Positions 53,197-63,689 of a DNA stretch of 64,000 nucleotides are shown piece by piece (the first letter of the stretch is position 1; each line of letters begins with the position of its first letter). A model generated the notes under the pieces. That model was not told where the DNA came from. It was given only the letters and a program-made list of their open reading frames with translations, and made no database searches. The stretch is from the NCBI GenBank assembly GCA_030425825.1, contig JAUHZY010000002.1:34377-98376 (forward strand), given 5' to 3'. The stretch comes from Alphaproteobacteria bacterium (GTDB lineage: Bacteria; Pseudomonadota; Alphaproteobacteria; JAUHZY01). The position numbers and the translations under genes were made by a program.

Positions 53197-53621
53197 CGTG
53201 GAATTTCGGTAATGAGGGAAACCTTTTTATATCCGCCCCTGTGAATGACTCCCATCACATCCATGATTGTTCCATATTTTAGTTTTTTATCAGCACGCAA
53301 AAAAACGCGTAAATCAGCATTCTTTTTTGATAGCTTTCTCAAGCGGTCAAGCAGCTCTTTGCGCTTGATTCTTGTTTTTTGCATGTAAATACCACCATCT
53401 TTTTTGATGCTGATAATCAAAGGTTCATTGTGTTTGTTCGCTTTTATGGGCGCTGTTTTTACTTTTGGCAAGTCAACAGGAACACCCATGGACATCATGG
53501 GGGCTGTAACCATAAAAACAATCAGCAAAACAAGCATGACATCAACAAAAGGCGTGATGTTAATCTCGCTCATTGGTTGATATGCACGCCTTGATGACTT
53601 TCTTTTGAAGCTTACTGCCAT
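53193..53621 (-). CDS. tolR: TolR
   Basis: EINITPFVDVMLVLLIVFMVTAP, RADK...YG..M.VM. Confidence 0.95.
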   Translation of the reverse strand: MAVSFKRKSSRRAYQPMSEINITPFVDVMLVLLIVFMVTAPMMSMGVPVDLPKVKTAPIKANKHNEPLIISIKKDGGIYMQKTRIKRKELLDRLRKLSKKNADLRVFLRADKKLKYGTIMDVMGVIHRGGYKKVSLITEIPR

Positions 53622-55051
53622 TATGCTTGCGTGCCTCCCACAGTGATTGAGTCGAGCAAAAGGCTAGGCTGTCCGACGCCAACAGGCACGCTTTGTCCAT
53701 CTTTTCCGCACGTGCCAACGCCACGATCAAGTTCAAAGTCATTCCCGATCATTTTGATTTTTGTGAGGCAGTCAGGACCATTCCCGATCAGCGTTGCACC
53801 TTTAACGGCAGGGCCAATTTTACCATTCTCAATAAGATAAGCTTCAGAGGCGCAGAAGACAAACTTCCCAGAGACGATGTCGACTTGCCCACCACCAAAA
53901 TTCACAGCATAGAGACCTTTATCAACAGAAGAGATCATTTCATCAACTGTATGATTGCCATTTAACATATATGTGTTAGTCATGCGTGGCATCGGTGTGT
54001 GTGCATAACTTTCTCGGCGACCATTTCCTGTAGGGCTTACGCCCATAAGTCGTGCATTTAAACGATCTTGCATGTACCCTTTCAAGATGCCGTCTTCAAT
54101 CAAAACAGTATTATTTGTTGATGTTCCTTCATCATCCACGGTTAAAGACCCGCGCCTGTTTTCTAGTGTGCCATCATCAACAACAGTGACGCCTTTTGCT
54201 GCAATTCTTTCACCAACAAGGCCAGAAAAGGCAGATGTTTTTTTGCGGTTAAAGTCGCCTTCAAGGCCGTGCCCGATCGCTTCATGTAAAAGAACGCCAG
54301 GCCATCCTGGACCCAAGACAACAGGCATGTCTCCTGCCGGTGTATCAATTGATTCAAGGTTTACAAGTGCCTGACGAATGGCATCATCAGCCTGTGCCTG
54401 CCATGAAGATTTTTTAAAATAGTCGTTATAACCAACACGACCACCAACACCCATTGATCCACTTTCCATGCGTTGTCCATCGCTTGCAATGACGGAAATG
54501 TTCAGGCGAACAAGAGGGCGAACATCGAAATGCTTCGATCCATCTGCTCTAATAATATCAACAACCTGCCATGTGCCTGCTAGTGACGCTGTCACCTGCT
54601 TGATCTTGGGGTCCTTTGCGCGAGCATACGCGTCAATTTCTTCCAGCAGCTTGATTTTTTCGTTAATGTTTTTTGAAAAAAGAGGGTTGTCAGGTGTATA
54701 AAGCGGTGTGTTTTCCTGAGAGGTGTGTTGTGCATATGATCCTTCATATCCATCAGCAATTGCTCCAACAGTTTGGCTTGCCCGCTTTACACTTTCTTCA
54801 TCAAGGAGGGATGAGTGTGCATAGGCCACTTTGTCTTCTACGACGCCACGAAATCCGAATCCTTGGCGTGTATGGGTGGAAGATGTTTTTAATTTACCGT
54901 CTTCGAATACATAGTTTTCGTTTTGTTTGTACTCCAAAAAAAGCTCGCCATCGTCTGTTTTATGAAGTGCTTCGCTGACAATTTTCTCGAGTGTCGAGCG
55001 TTGCAAATTATTATTTTTATAAAAAACTTTTTCTAAAATCTCAAAACTCAT
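53621..55051 (-). CDS. tldD: Metalloprotease TldD
   Basis: DDGELFLE, D.RPLVR, LLHEAIGHGLEGDFNRK, PRMTNT, CGKDGQ.VPVGVGQP. Confidence 0.97.
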   Translation of the reverse strand: MSFEILEKVFYKNNNLQRSTLEKIVSEALHKTDDGELFLEYKQNENYVFEDGKLKTSSTHTRQGFGFRGVVEDKVAYAHSSLLDEESVKRASQTVGAIADGYEGSYAQHTSQENTPLYTPDNPLFSKNINEKIKLLEEIDAYARAKDPKIKQVTASLAGTWQVVDIIRADGSKHFDVRPLVRLNISVIASDGQRMESGSMGVGGRVGYNDYFKKSSWQAQADDAIRQALVNLESIDTPAGDMPVVLGPGWPGVLLHEAIGHGLEGDFNRKKTSAFSGLVGERIAAKGVTVVDDGTLENRRGSLTVDDEGTSTNNTVLIEDGILKGYMQDRLNARLMGVSPTGNGRRESYAHTPMPRMTNTYMLNGNHTVDEMISSVDKGLYAVNFGGGQVDIVSGKFVFCASEAYLIENGKIGPAVKGATLIGNGPDCLTKIKMIGNDFELDRGVGTCGKDGQSVPVGVGQPSLLLDSITVGGTQA

Positions 55052-55122
55052 ATTTACTAATCCTTCACTTGGGTCTATAAATCAATTATCACGATGTAGA
55101 TGAGGGATCAACGGAGGATACA

Positions 55123-55974
55123 TTGAAAAAGCTTTTTTCTTACATAAATACTGTTTTTTTTGTTGCACTGGTGCTAGTGTCTGCGGACGCATTTGCTGCT
55201 GAAGGCCTTGCGAAGGCTTGGCAGCTAGGGTTTCAGGATCCGGCTTCTCCAGTTGCGGAGAAGATGCACGAATTTCATGACTTGCTACTTTATATTATCA
55301 CGGGCATTGTCATTTTTGTGCTGGCTCTTTTGGTGTATGTGCTTGTTCGATTCCGCGCAAAGGCGAATCCAGTTCCTTCTAAAACAACGCATAATGTGTT
55401 AATTGAAATTATTTGGACGGCCATCCCGGTCTTAATTTTAATTGTTATTGCGATTCCTTCTTTCAAGCTTTTGTACTACCAAGGAAGCGTTCCTGAAACT
55501 GAGATGACACTAAAGGTGACAGGTCACCAGTGGTACTGGTCTTATGAATATCCAGACCATGGTGATATCGCATTTGACAGTTATATGATTCCTGATGATG
55601 AGATTAAGCCTGGTCAACAGCGCTTATTGGAGGTTGATAACGTTGTTGTTCTTCCTGTTAATACCAAAATTAAAGTCCAGATGACATCTGCTGATGTTCT
55701 TCACGCGTGGGCTGTTCCTGCTTTTGGCTTTAAGATGGACACTGTTCCTGGTCGCTTGTCAGAAGGGTGGATCTATATTAACAAGCCTGGTACATATTAT
55801 GGTCAGTGCTCTGAGTTGTGCGGCGTTAATCATGGGTTTATGCCTATTAAGATCGAAGCTGTATCAAAGAAAAAATTTAAAGATTGGGTTGAGAAAGCAA
55901 AAGAAGAGTTTTCAGCACTTGAGACAGTATGGCCTGTTTTGGCATTTAATAAACCAGCATATATTCGTAACTAA
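55123..55974 (+). CDS. coxB: Cytochrome c oxidase subunit II
   Basis: GHQWYWSYEY, DVLHAW, CuA motif CSELCGVNHGFM. Confidence 0.98.
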   Translation: MKKLFSYINTVFFVALVLVSADAFAAEGLAKAWQLGFQDPASPVAEKMHEFHDLLLYIITGIVIFVLALLVYVLVRFRAKANPVPSKTTHNVLIEIIWTAIPVLILIVIAIPSFKLLYYQGSVPETEMTLKVTGHQWYWSYEYPDHGDIAFDSYMIPDDEIKPGQQRLLEVDNVVVLPVNTKIKVQMTSADVLHAWAVPAFGFKMDTVPGRLSEGWIYINKPGTYYGQCSELCGVNHGFMPIKIEAVSKKKFKDWVEKAKEEFSALETVWPVLAFNKPAYIRN

Positions 55975-55986
55975 GGAGAACTCCTC

Positions 55987-57564
55987 ATGAGTGATACCCC
56001 TAAATTTTGGACAAGATGGCTTTTTTCAACAAACCATAAAGACATTGGTGTTCTGTATTTTATTTTCTCGATTTTCGCCGGTATTGTTGGTGGATTATTC
56101 TCTGTCTTCATGAGGATGGAACTTCAAGATCCAGGTATGCAGTACTTTGCTGATGGTCAAATGTGGAATGTGGTCATTTCAGCGCATGGCTTAATTATGG
56201 TTTTCTTTGTTGTGATGCCTGCTTTGATTGGGGGCTTTGGGAACTATTTCGTGCCTCTTTTGATAGGTGCGCCAGATATGGCTTTCCCGCGCCTAAACAA
56301 CATTAGTTTTTGGTTAATTATACCAGCTTTTCTTTTACTGTTAGGGTCTGCCTTTGTTGGTGGTGGCGCAGGAACAGGGTGGACAGTTTATCCGCCGCTT
56401 TCAACTGTTGGGCAATCTGGTCCTGCGGTTGATATGGCTATTTTCTCTCTTCACCTAGCAGGCGCTTCATCAATTTTGGGTGCCGCAAACTTTATTACGA
56501 CAATTTTTAATATGCGCGCACCAGGGATGACGTTGCATCGTATGCCATTATTTGTTTGGGGTATGTTGATTACGGCCTTTCTTCTGGTTTTATCCTTACC
56601 TGTTTTGGGCGGTGCAATTACGATGTTGCTGACAGACCGTAACTTTGGATCTGCGTTTTTCGATCCTGCGGCGGGCGGTGATCCCTTGTTATTCCAGCAC
56701 TTGTTCTGGTTCTTTGGCCACCCTGAGGTTTACATTATGATTTTGCCAGCCTTTGGTATTATCAGCCATATTATTTCAACGTTTTCTAAGAAGCCTGTTT
56801 TTGGTTATCTTGGAATGGCTTATGCAATGATTTCAATTGGTTTTGTTGGATTTATTGTTTGGGCACACCATATGTTTACTGCTGGAATAGGTGTTGATAC
56901 GCGTGCCTACTTTACGATTGCGACATTGATTATTGCAGTTCCGACAGGGATCAAAATTTTCAGCTGGATTGCAACAATGTGGGGTGGTTCTATTGAATTC
57001 AAGACACCAATGCTTTGGGCAATCGGATTTATCTTTTTGTTCACAGTCGGCGGTGTGACGGGTGTTGTACTTGCTAATGGCGGTATGTCGCCAATGTTCC
57101 ATGATACGTATTATGTTGTTGGACATTTCCACTATGTTCTGTCACTTGGTGCTGTATTTGCAATTTTTGCTGGGTTCTATTACTGGTTCTCTAAGATGAC
57201 TGGTAAAGAAATCAATGAGTGCCTGGGGAAAATACATTTTTGGATGACGTTTATCGGTGTTAATCTTGCCTTCTTCCCAATGCATTTCTTAGGGCTTGCA
57301 GGTATGCCAAGGCGTATTCCAGACTATCCTGATGTTTATGCTGGGTGGAATTACATAGCTTCTATTGGTTCATACATCTCTTTTGCATCTGTTTTCTTCT
57401 TCTTGTTTGTTGTTTTCCATGCTTTCAAGTATGGCAAAAAAGCTGGGAACAGCCCATGGGGAGATCATGCAGGAACACAGACGCTTGAGTGGACAATTTC
57501 TTCACCGCCTGAGTTCCATACATTTGAAAAACCACCTGTGATTAAGGGTGGGGATGCACATTAG
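55987..57564 (+). CDS. coxA: Cytochrome c oxidase subunit I (aa3, type A1)
   Basis: [38 protein letters not shown]. Confidence 0.99.
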   Translation: MSDTPKFWTRWLFSTNHKDIGVLYFIFSIFAGIVGGLFSVFMRMELQDPGMQYFADGQMWNVVISAHGLIMVFFVVMPALIGGFGNYFVPLLIGAPDMAFPRLNNISFWLIIPAFLLLLGSAFVGGGAGTGWTVYPPLSTVGQSGPAVDMAIFSLHLAGASSILGAANFITTIFNMRAPGMTLHRMPLFVWGMLITAFLLVLSLPVLGGAITMLLTDRNFGSAFFDPAAGGDPLLFQHLFWFFGHPEVYIMILPAFGIISHIISTFSKKPVFGYLGMAYAMISIGFVGFIVWAHHMFTAGIGVDTRAYFTIATLIIAVPTGIKIFSWIATMWGGSIEFKTPMLWAIGFIFLFTVGGVTGVVLANGGMSPMFHDTYYVVGHFHYVLSLGAVFAIFAGFYYWFSKMTGKEINECLGKIHFWMTFIGVNLAFFPMHFLGLAGMPRRIPDYPDVYAGWNYIASIGSYISFASVFFFLFVVFHAFKYGKKAGNSPWGDHAGTQTLEWTISSPPEFHTFEKPPVIKGGDAH

Positions 57565-57569
57565 AGCAA

Positions 57570-58472
57570 ATGGCATCTAAGGCGCAAAGTTCTAATATCA
57601 CACGGTTTGAGGATTACTTTTCTCTCCTTAAGCCACGTGTGATGTCCCTGGTGATTTTTACAGGATTTGTCGGGCTTGTTTTGGCGCCAGGCTCTCTTCA
57701 TCCTATTTTAAGCGTTACAGCATTGCTTTGTATTTCGGTGGGTTCTGGTGCTTCTGGTGCTATAAACATGTGGTATGAACGGCATCTGGACGCAGGAATG
57801 GCACGTACATCAAAAAGACCTTTGCCGCTTGGTAAGATTCATCCAGATGATTGTTTGTTCCTAGGTGTTTTCCTTTCTATGATGTCTGTTATGATTATGG
57901 GGCTGGCGCTAAATTATTTAGCAGCAGGTTTGCTTGCACTTGCGATTTTCATTTACGTTTTTGTTTATACAATCTGGTTAAAGCCACGTACGGTTCAAAA
58001 CATTGTGATCGGTGGGGCTTCTGGCGCTTTGCCTCCTATGATCGGTTGGGCGGCTGTAACGGGAGATGTTTCTATTCAATCTTTCTTTATGTTTTTTATT
58101 ATTTTCATGTGGACACCACCACATTTCTGGGCCTTGGCAATTTTTAAATCAGATGATTACAAAAAAGTTGGGTTGCCCATGTTGCCTGTTGTTAAGGGTG
58201 TTGATTCAACATGTCGCCATATCTTTGTATACAGTATATTGCTTGCTCTAACGACCTTTCCGCTGATTTTTTTGGGGTTTGGTCATGGTGTTTATGCCTT
58301 GACGGCAGTGTTGTTAAACACCAAGTTAATTATGATGGCTTGGAAGTTGCTACGTCTTCCTGAGAAGGGAAAAGAGCCGTTGTCAAAAAGGTTTTTTGGC
58401 TTTTCTATTTTTTATTTATTTGCTTTATTCGTAGCACTTGTGATTGATCAAAAATTGATAGGATTATTTTAA
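57570..58472 (+). CDS. ctaB: Protoheme IX farnesyltransferase
   Basis: LLKPRVMSL, M.RT..RP, YT.WLK.RT.QNIVIGG, WTPPHFWAL. Confidence 0.97.
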   Translation: MASKAQSSNITRFEDYFSLLKPRVMSLVIFTGFVGLVLAPGSLHPILSVTALLCISVGSGASGAINMWYERHLDAGMARTSKRPLPLGKIHPDDCLFLGVFLSMMSVMIMGLALNYLAAGLLALAIFIYVFVYTIWLKPRTVQNIVIGGASGALPPMIGWAAVTGDVSIQSFFMFFIIFMWTPPHFWALAIFKSDDYKKVGLPMLPVVKGVDSTCRHIFVYSILLALTTFPLIFLGFGHGVYALTAVLLNTKLIMMAWKLLRLPEKGKEPLSKRFFGFSIFYLFALFVALVIDQKLIGLF

Positions 58473-58585
58473 TGTCAGAAATTGAAAAAGAACGTAAACG
58501 TAAGAACAAGATTGTTTTTGGTCTGATAGCAGGCTTTGTTACACTTATTTTCTTAATTACAATTGTGCGCATGCAAGGGCTGTAA
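58472..58585 (+). CDS. 37-aa single-TM protein (CoxF-like) between ctaB and ctaG
   Basis: MSEIEKERKRKNKIVFGLIAGFVTLIFLITIVRMQGL*; TAATG overlaps with both neighbours; too short for the ORF track. Confidence 0.75.
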   Translation: MSEIEKERKRKNKIVFGLIAGFVTLIFLITIVRMQGL

Positions 58586-59103
58586 TGAAGAAAAATAATA
58601 AAACCCTTTTAACTGTATTATTGATCGTGGTGGCAATGGTTGGCCTCTCTTATGCTGCGGTGCCTTTGTACGACATGTTTTGTCGTATTACAGGGTATGG
58701 TGGGACAACTCAAGTTGCAGAGAGTTATAGCGGTATTGATGTTATTGATCGAGATATTACGATTCGTTTTGATAGTAATATTGATGAAGGTCTGCCTTGG
58801 GATTTTAAACCCGTTCAAAAAAGCATTACTTTAAAAATTGGTGAAAATACGGTTGTTTATTATACAGCGAAAAACATAAGTGAGAAGCCGACTACTGGTA
58901 TGGCAACATTCAATGTAACTCCAGCAGAGGCAGGTTCTTACTTTAATAAAATACAATGCTTTTGTTTTAATGAGCAGACGCTTCAACCTGGTGAAGAAGT
59001 GAAAATGCCTGTGCAGTTTTTTGTTGATCCAGAAATTGTTGATGACCCTAATATTCCTCATTTAAAGGAAATTACACTTTCTTACACCTTTTTTGAGAAA
59101 TGA
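58585..59103 (+). CDS. ctaG: Cytochrome c oxidase assembly protein CtaG/Cox11
   Basis: YAAVPLY.MFC..TGYGGT, YFNKIQCFCF, TLSYTFF. Confidence 0.97.
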   Translation: MKKNNKTLLTVLLIVVAMVGLSYAAVPLYDMFCRITGYGGTTQVAESYSGIDVIDRDITIRFDSNIDEGLPWDFKPVQKSITLKIGENTVVYYTAKNISEKPTTGMATFNVTPAEAGSYFNKIQCFCFNEQTLQPGEEVKMPVQFFVDPEIVDDPNIPHLKEITLSYTFFEK

Positions 59104-59166
59104 TTTTTTCTAAAAAAACTCTTAAAAACTTTGATTTATTGGTTCTGACGGAATGAAAGTTACTTC

Positions 59167-59850
59167 ATGTCTAAAATAAACTCTTCACCAAAACCGCTCC
59201 TTGTATTTGTCCACGGTTGGGCTGTAGATCAGTCAATTTTTAACTTATTAGAAGAAAGCTTGCCTGATTTTGATATTCTTAAATATGACCTGGGTTTTTA
59301 TGGCGACGCGCAACATCCAGACATTCCAAAAGACAGAACTGTGATTGCCGTAGGATATTCACTAGGCCTTCTTTGGCTTTTACATGAAAAGCCTTTCCAA
59401 TGGGATGGGTTGGTCAGTATTTGTGGGTTTACACGCTTTACACGTACAGATGGCTTTATGGGTGGCATGATGACGATGGTGCTGGAGGGGATGAAGATGC
59501 GCCTTTCGATTGATCCAAAAGGGTTGCTTGGAGAGACATACGATGTATGTGGGTTTGATAGACCATTTCCTGAAAACTATGATACAAGACAACTTCATCA
59601 AGGGTTGAATTGGTTAAAAAATTGGGATTGTCGAGACATTTTTGAAGAGCACAAAGAGAAGACAATCGCGCTTGCTGCTGTACCTGATCCTGTTGTTTCT
59701 GAATCTTTAACAAAAGCTTCCTTTGAAGGTAAGTGTCCAACTTATTGGTCACCAGATGGTGGTGGTCATGGTTTGCCAGTAACACGACCAAAGTGGTGTG
59801 CTGAGAAAATCTGTGAATTTGCTGAAAAAATAGCAGATTCTTCCAACTAA
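59167..59850 (+). CDS. Alpha/beta hydrolase, BioH-like carboxylesterase
   Basis: VFVHGWA oxyanion motif, GYSLG nucleophile, D.VV, GHGLP. Confidence 0.7.
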   Translation: MSKINSSPKPLLVFVHGWAVDQSIFNLLEESLPDFDILKYDLGFYGDAQHPDIPKDRTVIAVGYSLGLLWLLHEKPFQWDGLVSICGFTRFTRTDGFMGGMMTMVLEGMKMRLSIDPKGLLGETYDVCGFDRPFPENYDTRQLHQGLNWLKNWDCRDIFEEHKEKTIALAAVPDPVVSESLTKASFEGKCPTYWSPDGGGHGLPVTRPKWCAEKICEFAEKIADSSN

Positions 59851-59954
59851 ATGTTGATTATTTCCTGATAATATACCACTATATGCTGTAATTACCGCCT
59901 TAAAAATACATCCATCTTCCTAAAAAGGGAAGCAGCCGCCGGAGTTTTGGTTCT

Positions 59955-62900
59955 GTGACCCAAATTTTATTCACATCTGCGCTTGCAAATCCTGCTTTAA
60001 TCGCGAATTTCGATCCTTCTGCAGATCAGCTGATCATTGATGCTGGTGCGTTTGAAACGCGCATTGATCGCAGCGGTAGCGGTACAGTTCTTGTTGTTGA
60101 TGGCGTTGGCAGCCTCATTATCCCAACACTTACACCAGAACAAATTGAAGCGAATGTAAATGTGAAGTTTACAGATGGCAGCGTCTTATTGGTTGGTGAT
60201 AACAAAATTGCTGATAGTGATGATGATGACGAAAACTTGCTTGTTGGTACAAGCGCAAGCGACAGAGTTTCTGGCCTTGATGGTGATGATACTCTGGATG
60301 GTGGCGCTGGGAATGATGTTTTGCAAGGTAATCAAGGAGACGATTCTGTTGTTGGTGGACTGGGTAATGATTATCTGTTTGGTGGGCAAGATGAAGACAC
60401 GCTAGAAGGTGGTGATGGCAACGATTACCTTCAAGGAAATAAAGGGCATGACTCACTTGCTGGTGGTGACGGTATTGATGTGATACTTGGTGGACAAGAC
60501 AATGATACGCTGCTTGGCGGTAATGATAATGACCATCTTCAAGGAAATAAAGGCGACGACTTTCTATATGGAGAAGGTGGCAATGACTATCTTTCAGGCG
60601 CAACAGGAAATGACAAGCTTTATGGCGGTACAGGTGCAGATTATCTGCAAGGTAATATTGGTGACGATGAATTGCGTGGCCAAGATGGTGATGACACGAT
60701 TTTGGGTGGACAAGGTAATGACCTTGCTGTTGGTGGTGACGGTCATGACCGTATTAGCGGAAATAAAGGCGATGACCTGATCTCCGGCCAAACAGGGAAC
60801 GACTTGCTGCAAGGTGACTCAGGTAATGATCAGATTTTTGGTGGATCGGGAAATGACAGCCTTTACGGTAATGAGGGCGATGATCATTTAGACGGGAATG
60901 AAGGCGCAGACTTATTGATTGGCGGCAATGGTAATGACATTGTTACAGGCGGTGATGGTGCGGATACAATTCTAGGGGATGCAGGTGAGGATCAGATTTT
61001 TGGCGGAAATGGTGATGACACGATCCAGGCAGGTGATGATGCAGACTCTGTCTTTGGCCAAGAGGGTGATGACACAATTCAAGGTGGTGCAGGTGATGAC
61101 CATATAGAAGGTCGCGAAGGTGTTGACCTGATTTATGGTGGAATTGATGGTGATACACTATTTGGCGGTGATGGCCATGATTCGCTTTTTGGGGAAGAAG
61201 GTGACGACTTTCTCAGTGGAGGTGATGGCGCTGACTTTTTGACAGGGCAACAAGGAGAAGACTCAATACAAGGCGCTGATGGCGATGACACGGTTATGGG
61301 TGGTCGTGATGACGATTCGTTAGACGGTGGCAATGATGAAGACTCAATTTTTGCAGATGAAGGTGATGACAGCGTTGAAGGTGGTGCAGGAAATGACACG
61401 CTAGATGGCGGTCTAGGAAATGATGTGATCTCTGGTCAAGATGGTGCAGATGTTATCACGGGTGACCTGGGTGACGATGTGATTGAAGGTGGTGGTGATA
61501 ATGACCTGCTTTCAGGCGCAGAAGGCAACGACACTTTTGTTTTTAATTATGATATGCAATCTATCAATTATGATGCTTCAGTCGGTGATTTGATTCGTCT
61601 TGAAGGTGATGATGTGGATCAGATTATTGATTTTGAAAGAGCAGAGGATGCTCTAATCATTAGCGTTGATAATGCTAAGACTCTTTCTTTGTCAAATGGC
61701 AGTTGGGGATTTTTATCTGCAGAAATGATTGCTGTATCCTATGATCCCAATGGTATTGTAAAAATATATATGGATGGGAATGCAGAAAACCAAGTTGTTG
61801 AGCTGCATAATCAAGATATTAATAATACCTTCTCTGCAACAAATCTGGCCGAATTAATCGCGAATTATAGCTATGACATCACAATTAATTTGGGATCTAC
61901 GTCCGAAGACATGTTGGTCACAGGAACAGATGCGGATGACACGCTTGCAGCACTTAGCGGCGATGACACAATTTATGGCGGATCAGCTGATGATACGTTA
62001 CATGGTAATTCTGGCGATGACACATTAGATGGTGGGTCAGGAAATGACACATTAGATGGTGGCGATGGCGATGACACATTATTTGGTAATGATGGTGATG
62101 ATACCTTAAATGGTGGGTCAGGAAATGACTCAGGTATGGGGGGAAGCAGTAATGACACAGTGAATGGTGGATCTGGTCATGACACGCTATTTGGTAATGA
62201 CGGTGATGACTCGTTGTCAGGTAATGATGGTGATGACTCATTAGATGGTGGATCAGGAAATGATTCAGGCTTTGGCGGTTCTGGCAATGACACGCTAGAA
62301 GGTGGATCAGGAAATGATGTTCTTGACGGCGGCGGCAGTCAAGATACGCTCTTAGGTGGTAGTGGAAATGATACCCTTCAAGGTAACTCTGGTGATGATT
62401 CATTAAACGGTGGTGATGGGAATGATTCATTAGATGGTGGATCTGCGAATGACACGTTGCACGGTGGCACGGGGAATGACACTTTGACTGGGTCAACAGG
62501 TGATGACAGCTTACATGGTGACAGCGGTGATGACCATCTTGATGGTGGTGCAGGGAATGACACGCTTTCTGGATCAAGTGGTGATGATACGCTAGGTGGC
62601 GGTAGTGATGATGACACTGTTATGGGAGAGTCTGGTGATGATACCCTACATGGTGACAGTGGTGATGATACTTTGGTCGGTGGCAGCGGTGTTGATACAC
62701 TGAATGGTGGCACCGGCAATGATTCGCTTCTTGGTGGCGATACAACTGATATTCTTTCAGGTGGTAGTGGTCGTGATATTTTACATGGCGGCACAGCAGG
62801 TGATTCTTTGTTTGGCGGCGAAGGAAAAGATACGCTTTCAGGTGAAGGCGGTGATGACACCCTAGAAGGTGGTGTTGGGAATGATACATTTGATGGCGGA

Positions 62901-63680
62901 AGCGGCTTGGATGTTATTTATGGTGGCGCGGGTGATGATTCTGCGCATGGCGGCGTTGATGCCGATACGATTTATGGTGGAGAGAACAATGACCGACTTT
63001 TTGGTGGGTCAGCTGCCGACTTTATCTTTGGTGAAGAAGATGAAGATTACATAGACGGCGGAGAAAATGATGACTCACTAGACGGTGGCGAGCAAGATGA
63101 CACGGTTGTTGGTGGTGCAGGTGATGACACTGTTATTGGTCAAGACGAAGATGATTCGTTAATGGGTGATGATGGTAACGATTTTATCATTGGCGGGTCA
63201 GATAATGATGTTCTGCGTGGCGGATCTGGTGTTGATATCCTCAGCGGTGGCCAAGATAACGATACGATTGAAGGTGGTATCGGTGACGACAGTCTTTGGG
63301 GGAATGATGACAATGACATGTTTGTCTTTAACTATGATATGTCAGGTATTGTTGGTACGGTAAGTTATGATAACTTTGCCGCATTAACAGGTGCTGGCAG
63401 TGATGTTGTTGTTGATTATTGTAAAACAGAAGATGTTTTATACATCAGTTTTGCTAATACATGGAATGATGTCACAAACGCTGGTGTTCTTGAAAGCTTT
63501 AGCGCAGGCCATATTGAAGTTTCTTGGTCTTCAAGTGTGCTAGAAATTTACGTTGATGGGCAAGCTAATCGTGATCACATTATCAGATTGGAAGATCAGT
63601 CTGCAGGCGCAGCAACAAATCTTGACGAACTTTCCAACATCGATAGCTATACAATCTACCTCAACGGTACCCAAATTTAG
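59955..63680 (+). CDS. RTX/hemolysin-type Ca-binding repeat protein (1241 aa), paralog of 32732-41284
   Basis: GGxGxDxLx arrays; N-terminal and two non-repeat domains similar to the larger RTX protein; GTG start after GGAG. Confidence 0.92.
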   Translation: MTQILFTSALANPALIANFDPSADQLIIDAGAFETRIDRSGSGTVLVVDGVGSLIIPTLTPEQIEANVNVKFTDGSVLLVGDNKIADSDDDDENLLVGTSASDRVSGLDGDDTLDGGAGNDVLQGNQGDDSVVGGLGNDYLFGGQDEDTLEGGDGNDYLQGNKGHDSLAGGDGIDVILGGQDNDTLLGGNDNDHLQGNKGDDFLYGEGGNDYLSGATGNDKLYGGTGADYLQGNIGDDELRGQDGDDTILGGQGNDLAVGGDGHDRISGNKGDDLISGQTGNDLLQGDSGNDQIFGGSGNDSLYGNEGDDHLDGNEGADLLIGGNGNDIVTGGDGADTILGDAGEDQIFGGNGDDTIQAGDDADSVFGQEGDDTIQGGAGDDHIEGREGVDLIYGGIDGDTLFGGDGHDSLFGEEGDDFLSGGDGADFLTGQQGEDSIQGADGDDTVMGGRDDDSLDGGNDEDSIFADEGDDSVEGGAGNDTLDGGLGNDVISGQDGADVITGDLGDDVIEGGGDNDLLSGAEGNDTFVFNYDMQSINYDASVGDLIRLEGDDVDQIIDFERAEDALIISVDNAKTLSLSNGSWGFLSAEMIAVSYDPNGIVKIYMDGNAENQVVELHNQDINNTFSATNLAELIANYSYDITINLGSTSEDMLVTGTDADDTLAALSGDDTIYGGSADDTLHGNSGDDTLDGGSGNDTLDGGDGDDTLFGNDGDDTLNGGSGNDSGMGGSSNDTVNGGSGHDTLFGNDGDDSLSGNDGDDSLDGGSGNDSGFGGSGNDTLEGGSGNDVLDGGGSQDTLLGGSGNDTLQGNSGDDSLNGGDGNDSLDGGSANDTLHGGTGNDTLTGSTGDDSLHGDSGDDHLDGGAGNDTLSGSSGDDTLGGGSDDDTVMGESGDDTLHGDSGDDTLVGGSGVDTLNGGTGNDSLLGGDTTDILSGGSGRDILHGGTAGDSLFGGEGKDTLSGEGGDDTLEGGVGNDTFDGGSGLDVIYGGAGDDSAHGGVDADTIYGGENNDRLFGGSAADFIFGEEDEDYIDGGENDDSLDGGEQDDTVVGGAGDDTVIGQDEDDSLMGDDGNDFIIGGSDNDVLRGGSGVDILSGGQDNDTIEGGIGDDSLWGNDDNDMFVFNYDMSGIVGTVSYDNFAALTGAGSDVVVDYCKTEDVLYISFANTWNDVTNAGVLESFSAGHIEVSWSSSVLEIYVDGQANRDHIIRLEDQSAGAATNLDELSNIDSYTIYLNGTQI

Positions 63681-63689
63681 TAATAATGC

